From assembly GCF_000007145.1 (NCBI RefSeq), contig NC_003902.1:30001-62000 (forward strand): 32,000 nt of DNA. Direction: 5' to 3'. Both the position numbers and the translations under genes were made by a program. Under the pieces are notes generated by a model, which saw nothing but the letters and a program-made list of their open reading frames with translations, did no database searches and was not told the origin of the DNA. Positions 30,883 to 32,000 of this stretch are shown one piece after another (position 1 is the stretch's first letter; every line of letters starts with the position of its first letter). This stretch comes from Xanthomonas campestris pv. campestris str. ATCC 33913. Lineage in GTDB: Bacteria > Pseudomonadota > Gammaproteobacteria > Xanthomonadales > Xanthomonadaceae.

Positions 30883-32000
30883 TCAAAGTTTGACGTTGAC
30901 GCCGACCATCACGGTGGGGGCCATCTTCCAGGCCGATTGCACATACTCCTGATCGCGGCCGATGCGGTATTGGTAGCCCTGGCCAGCCAGGTTGAGCACG
31001 TCCAGGCTCAGCGACACTGCCGGGGACACGTCCCAGCCCAGTTTCAGATCGATGCGGTCCAGCGGTTGCTGGTAACGGTTGCGATAGAACTCCTGCAGGC
31101 TGCTGTAATTGGGAAAGCGGTCATCCCACAGCTCGCCGGTGCGGCTCCAGGCCAGCGTGGCGCGCAGCGGCCCACGGGCGTAATTCAGGGTCAGATTCCA
31201 CAACTGTTTGGGCTGCTGCGGCAGCACGTCCAGGGTGGTGCGGGTGCCATCGCCGAGCACCACCGGGTAGTCCACGTCCAGGAACGTGACATTGGCGGTC
31301 ACCGACAAGCCGGCCAGCACGGGCAGCCACGGCCCCAGCTCCTTGATGGCCCCCAGCTCGGCGCCGCGCAGGCGTACCGGTCGGTCCACATTGCGCGGCT
31401 GGGTGACCAGCACCTGCTCGCCGTCGATGCTGTCCATCTGGCCGTAGCGGAAGATTTCATCGTCGATGGTCTTGTGGAACAGCGCGATCGACAGCAGGCT
31501 GCCGCCGTCGTCAAAGCTCCAGTCGTGGCCAAGGTCCAGGTTCTGCGAGCGGCGCGGCTGCAGGTCCGGGTTGCCCTGGTTGAGCGTGGGCGGTGTGCTG
31601 CCCAGCGTGAGCACGCCGCCGTTCAAGGCCATCTGGTCCAGGCGCGGGCGCCCGATCGAGCGCGAGACGCCAACGCGCAGCGTGCCGTTGGCGCTGGTCT
31701 GTAGTTGCCCGCTGAGCGAAGGCAACCAGTTGCGGTAGGTGCGCACCGCGCTGACCGGTGTCCAGGTGGTTCCGCTGAGCTGCTGGCCGGCGCTGGCAAA
31801 GCGTGTCTGTTCCAGACGGATGCCGCCAGCCAGCAGCCAGCGCTCGCCGCGCCATTGCGCCTGGGCAAAGCCGGCGCGCACCTGTTCGTCGACCCCATAG
31901 CTGCCGCTGTTCTGCGCGGTGGTGTCCACCACCCCGCGCGCCTGGCCGGCCAGGGCATCCCAGCGTGCATCGGCCAATGCCGGCTCGATGGTCATCATCT
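30883..32000 (-). CDS. TonB-dependent outer-membrane receptor, C-terminal beta-barrel part (5' end lies beyond the window)
   Basis: The frame is open to the window edge. It shows TBDR barrel signatures (GFAQAQWRGERWLLAGGIRLEQTRF, GNPDLQPRRSQNLDLGHDW, SIALFHKTIDDEIF, and alternating-residue terminal strands). The stop at 30883 lies 10 nt before the next gene's ATG. Confidence 0.85.
   Translation of the reverse strand, partial: MMTIEPALADARWDALAGQARGVVDTTAQNSGSYGVDEQVRAGFAQAQWRGERWLLAGGIRLEQTRFASAGQQLSGTTWTPVSAVRTYRNWLPSLSGQLQTSANGTLRVGVSRSIGRPRLDQMALNGGVLTLGSTPPTLNQGNPDLQPRRSQNLDLGHDWSFDDGGSLLSIALFHKTIDDEIFRYGQMDSIDGEQVLVTQPRNVDRPVRLRGAELGAIKELGPWLPVLAGLSVTANVTFLDVDYPVVLGDGTRTTLDVLPQQPKQLWNLTLNYARGPLRATLAWSRTGELWDDRFPNYSSLQEFYRNRYQQPLDRIDLKLGWDVSPAVSLSLDVLNLAGQGYQYRIGRDQEYVQSAWKMAPTVMVGVNVKL

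Overview
This is a high-GC chromosomal segment. The gene content and repeat types look like a Xanthomonas-type gammaproteobacterium, but that attribution is from memory, not from a search.

Gene order, left to right:
- A secreted tandem-PepSY protein (-).
- Three tandem GH5 endoglucanase paralogs (-), each with its own ribosome-binding site and signal peptide.
- A Zn-dependent alcohol dehydrogenase (+).
- A sharply AT-rich islet of about 1.45 kb, starting 44 nt behind the gltD stop. It carries a two-gene minus-strand cassette: a 168-aa unknown protein followed by a frameshifted trypsin-like serine protease.
- gltB-gltD (-), with a 4x7-nt heptamer palindrome in the spacer between them.
- An I78-type inhibitor lipoprotein (-).
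- Topoisomerase IB (+).
- A small SAM methyltransferase (-).
- About 0.9 kb with no convincing gene.
- A second I78-like lipoprotein (-).
- A redox/electrophile cluster: pirin, a frameshifted azoR, a LysR regulator, an ABM monooxygenase + DJ-1/PfpI operon with a divergent LysR regulator, and a decayed TetR regulator.
- A BlaI/BlaR1-type repressor and M56 protease pair (+) with a TACA/TGTA-type dyad over its promoter.
- A long spacer, then a secreted Pro/Ala-rich coiled-coil protein (+).
- A saccharopine-dehydrogenase-like protein (+).
- An inverted pair of REP-like palindromes.
- A TonB-dependent receptor (-, truncated by the window end) translationally coupled to a Tat-exported 2H-phosphoesterase-like protein (-).

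I recognised no rRNA, tRNA, CRISPR array, integrase or transposase. The best candidate for an undescribed system is the AT-rich islet cassette at 6.5-8.0 kb. Its protease is broken by one frameshift in this sequence.
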